This document shows positions 62,730 through 64,000 of a stretch of DNA of 64,000 bases, piece by piece (the stretch's first letter is position 1; every line of letters begins with the position of its first letter). The notes below the pieces were generated by a model that saw only the letters and a list, made by a program, of their open reading frames with translations, did not search any database and had not been told where the DNA came from. Location of the stretch: NCBI GenBank assembly GCA_050613775.1, contig JBODTK010000114.1, positions 62,001 to 126,000 of the forward strand. The letters run 5' to 3'. Both the position numbers and the translations under genes were made by a program. The stretch is from Neocallimastix sp. 'constans'. Its lineage: Eukaryota.

Positions 62730-64000
62730 TGTAACGGAGGTGCTTCTATTGTAAAGGCGGGATGAGATATAGAAACACAGAAAGGAGAAAACTCAATAGG
62801 TTTACACTATCTGTATAAATAATTCGTTTTATTAGAAATATTTTTTATTAATTATAAAATTTAAAATAATTATTAATATTAATCAACAAGGTAATATTTC
62901 GAATTACTTATACGTTAATTATTATTAATAAAAGCACGAAGAAAAATATTTTCATTCGTGAAGTTCGCACTATTTATACTTTTAACGGAAAAACAGTTTT
63001 AACATGTAAAAATAATTTTAAAGAAATATTTAGAAATATGTTTGTAATAATTAATAATGTAAAGTTTCTAGAATATAGATTTTAATTGATGAAAATGAAT
63101 CTTATCAAAAAAGAATAAAATAATTTATATAATAAGAATTTCTAAATTCATTTCGGTTGAATTACGAACCGAAAGAATCTTTAACTTTCTATAATTTTAT
63201 ACAGAAAGAATATTCAAGAAGATATTATTAATAATTAATAAAATAATTAATAAAATAATTATTTATGCAAAATGGGTTGAGGTGTGAGTCGAACCCATGA
63301 AGTATTGGTCATGGTCAATGTAACTAACCATTGAACCAAAGTTCTAATTTTACTAACTGAAGATTTCGTTACATGGTCCGCCTCCAGGATTCGGATACCA
63401 GACGAATCTAACAGTTAGGCATAACTTATACTAAAATTAAGCAAACTAAACTAAACTAAACTAAATTAAACTAAACTAAACTAAAATAAAATAAAATAAA
63501 AATAATAATTAACCATTTTATAGTACGAACTTTTTTGAATAAAATTACATGATATTAATAAAGTTACATGAATATAATGTATAATAAGAATACATGAATA
63601 TTAATAATATTTAATAATATAAAATAATATTTAGTAATATTGATATTAATAAATTAATATAAGTTTGATATTAATAAAGTGAAGATTCATTTTCAAGTTT
63701 TAACTTTAGTTATTATTGTTAAATTCTTTTAAGAGTTTAGGGCAATTTAAGTTTTCTTCGGGTTCCCAAGATGCTTCAGATAAAGGATAGCCTTTCCATT
63801 TAATAAGATATTGGGTTTTGCCATAATGTTTTCTTTTATCAAGAATTTTTTCAACTTCGTATTCTTCTTCATTGTCAATAATTATCGGTGGTGGTGGTTC
63901 TTTCTTTCGTCCAAAGTGATCTTCATAAAATGGTTCAAGTTCAGAAACATGTATTACAGGATGGATTCTGATTTCTTTTGGTAAGTCTAACTTATATGAA
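62730..64000 (-). mobile_element. Second chromovirus copy: 3' LTR 62730-63373, chromodomain-coding end 63706-64000, runs off the window
   Basis: Near-identical to 44621-45901. Confidence 0.95.

Overview
Extremely AT-rich, intron-rich eukaryotic DNA. Gene content (flagellar PF16/SPAG6, 5MP/BZW, fungal-type Sec61 and cullin, bacterial-type PI-PLC relic) and composition suggest a zoosporic fungus, most likely an anaerobic gut fungus (Neocallimastigomycota); this is an inference. Bases 1-27,000 hold seven spliced genes: SPAG6 (5'-truncated), a RanBD protein, BZW/5MP, a C2H2 zinc-finger protein, a 2xRRM protein, a HAUS8/QWRF-like augmin subunit missed by the ORF track, and cullin-3. From about 27,600 the window is TE-dominated with SEC61 as an island. 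Its core is a young triple nest: a gag-only Copia (44035-59813) contains an RT-less chromovirus (44621-57239), which contains a complete Copia (49468-56066). A second chromovirus copy starts at 62730. Most unusual signals: (1) the chromovirus LTRs carry a tRNA-like A-box/B-box module; (2) the chromovirus appears to self-prime (Tf1-type) and keeps one open Gag-PR-partial IN-chromodomain ORF despite lacking RT/RNase H; (3) both Copia families have a PBS matching the anticodon arm of tRNA-Lys(CUU); (4) the complete Copia has a candidate GGG-AGG-C +1 frameshift and an 82/85-bp flanking duplication. Exon boundaries and alignments were read by eye and may be off by a few bases; no database searches were run.
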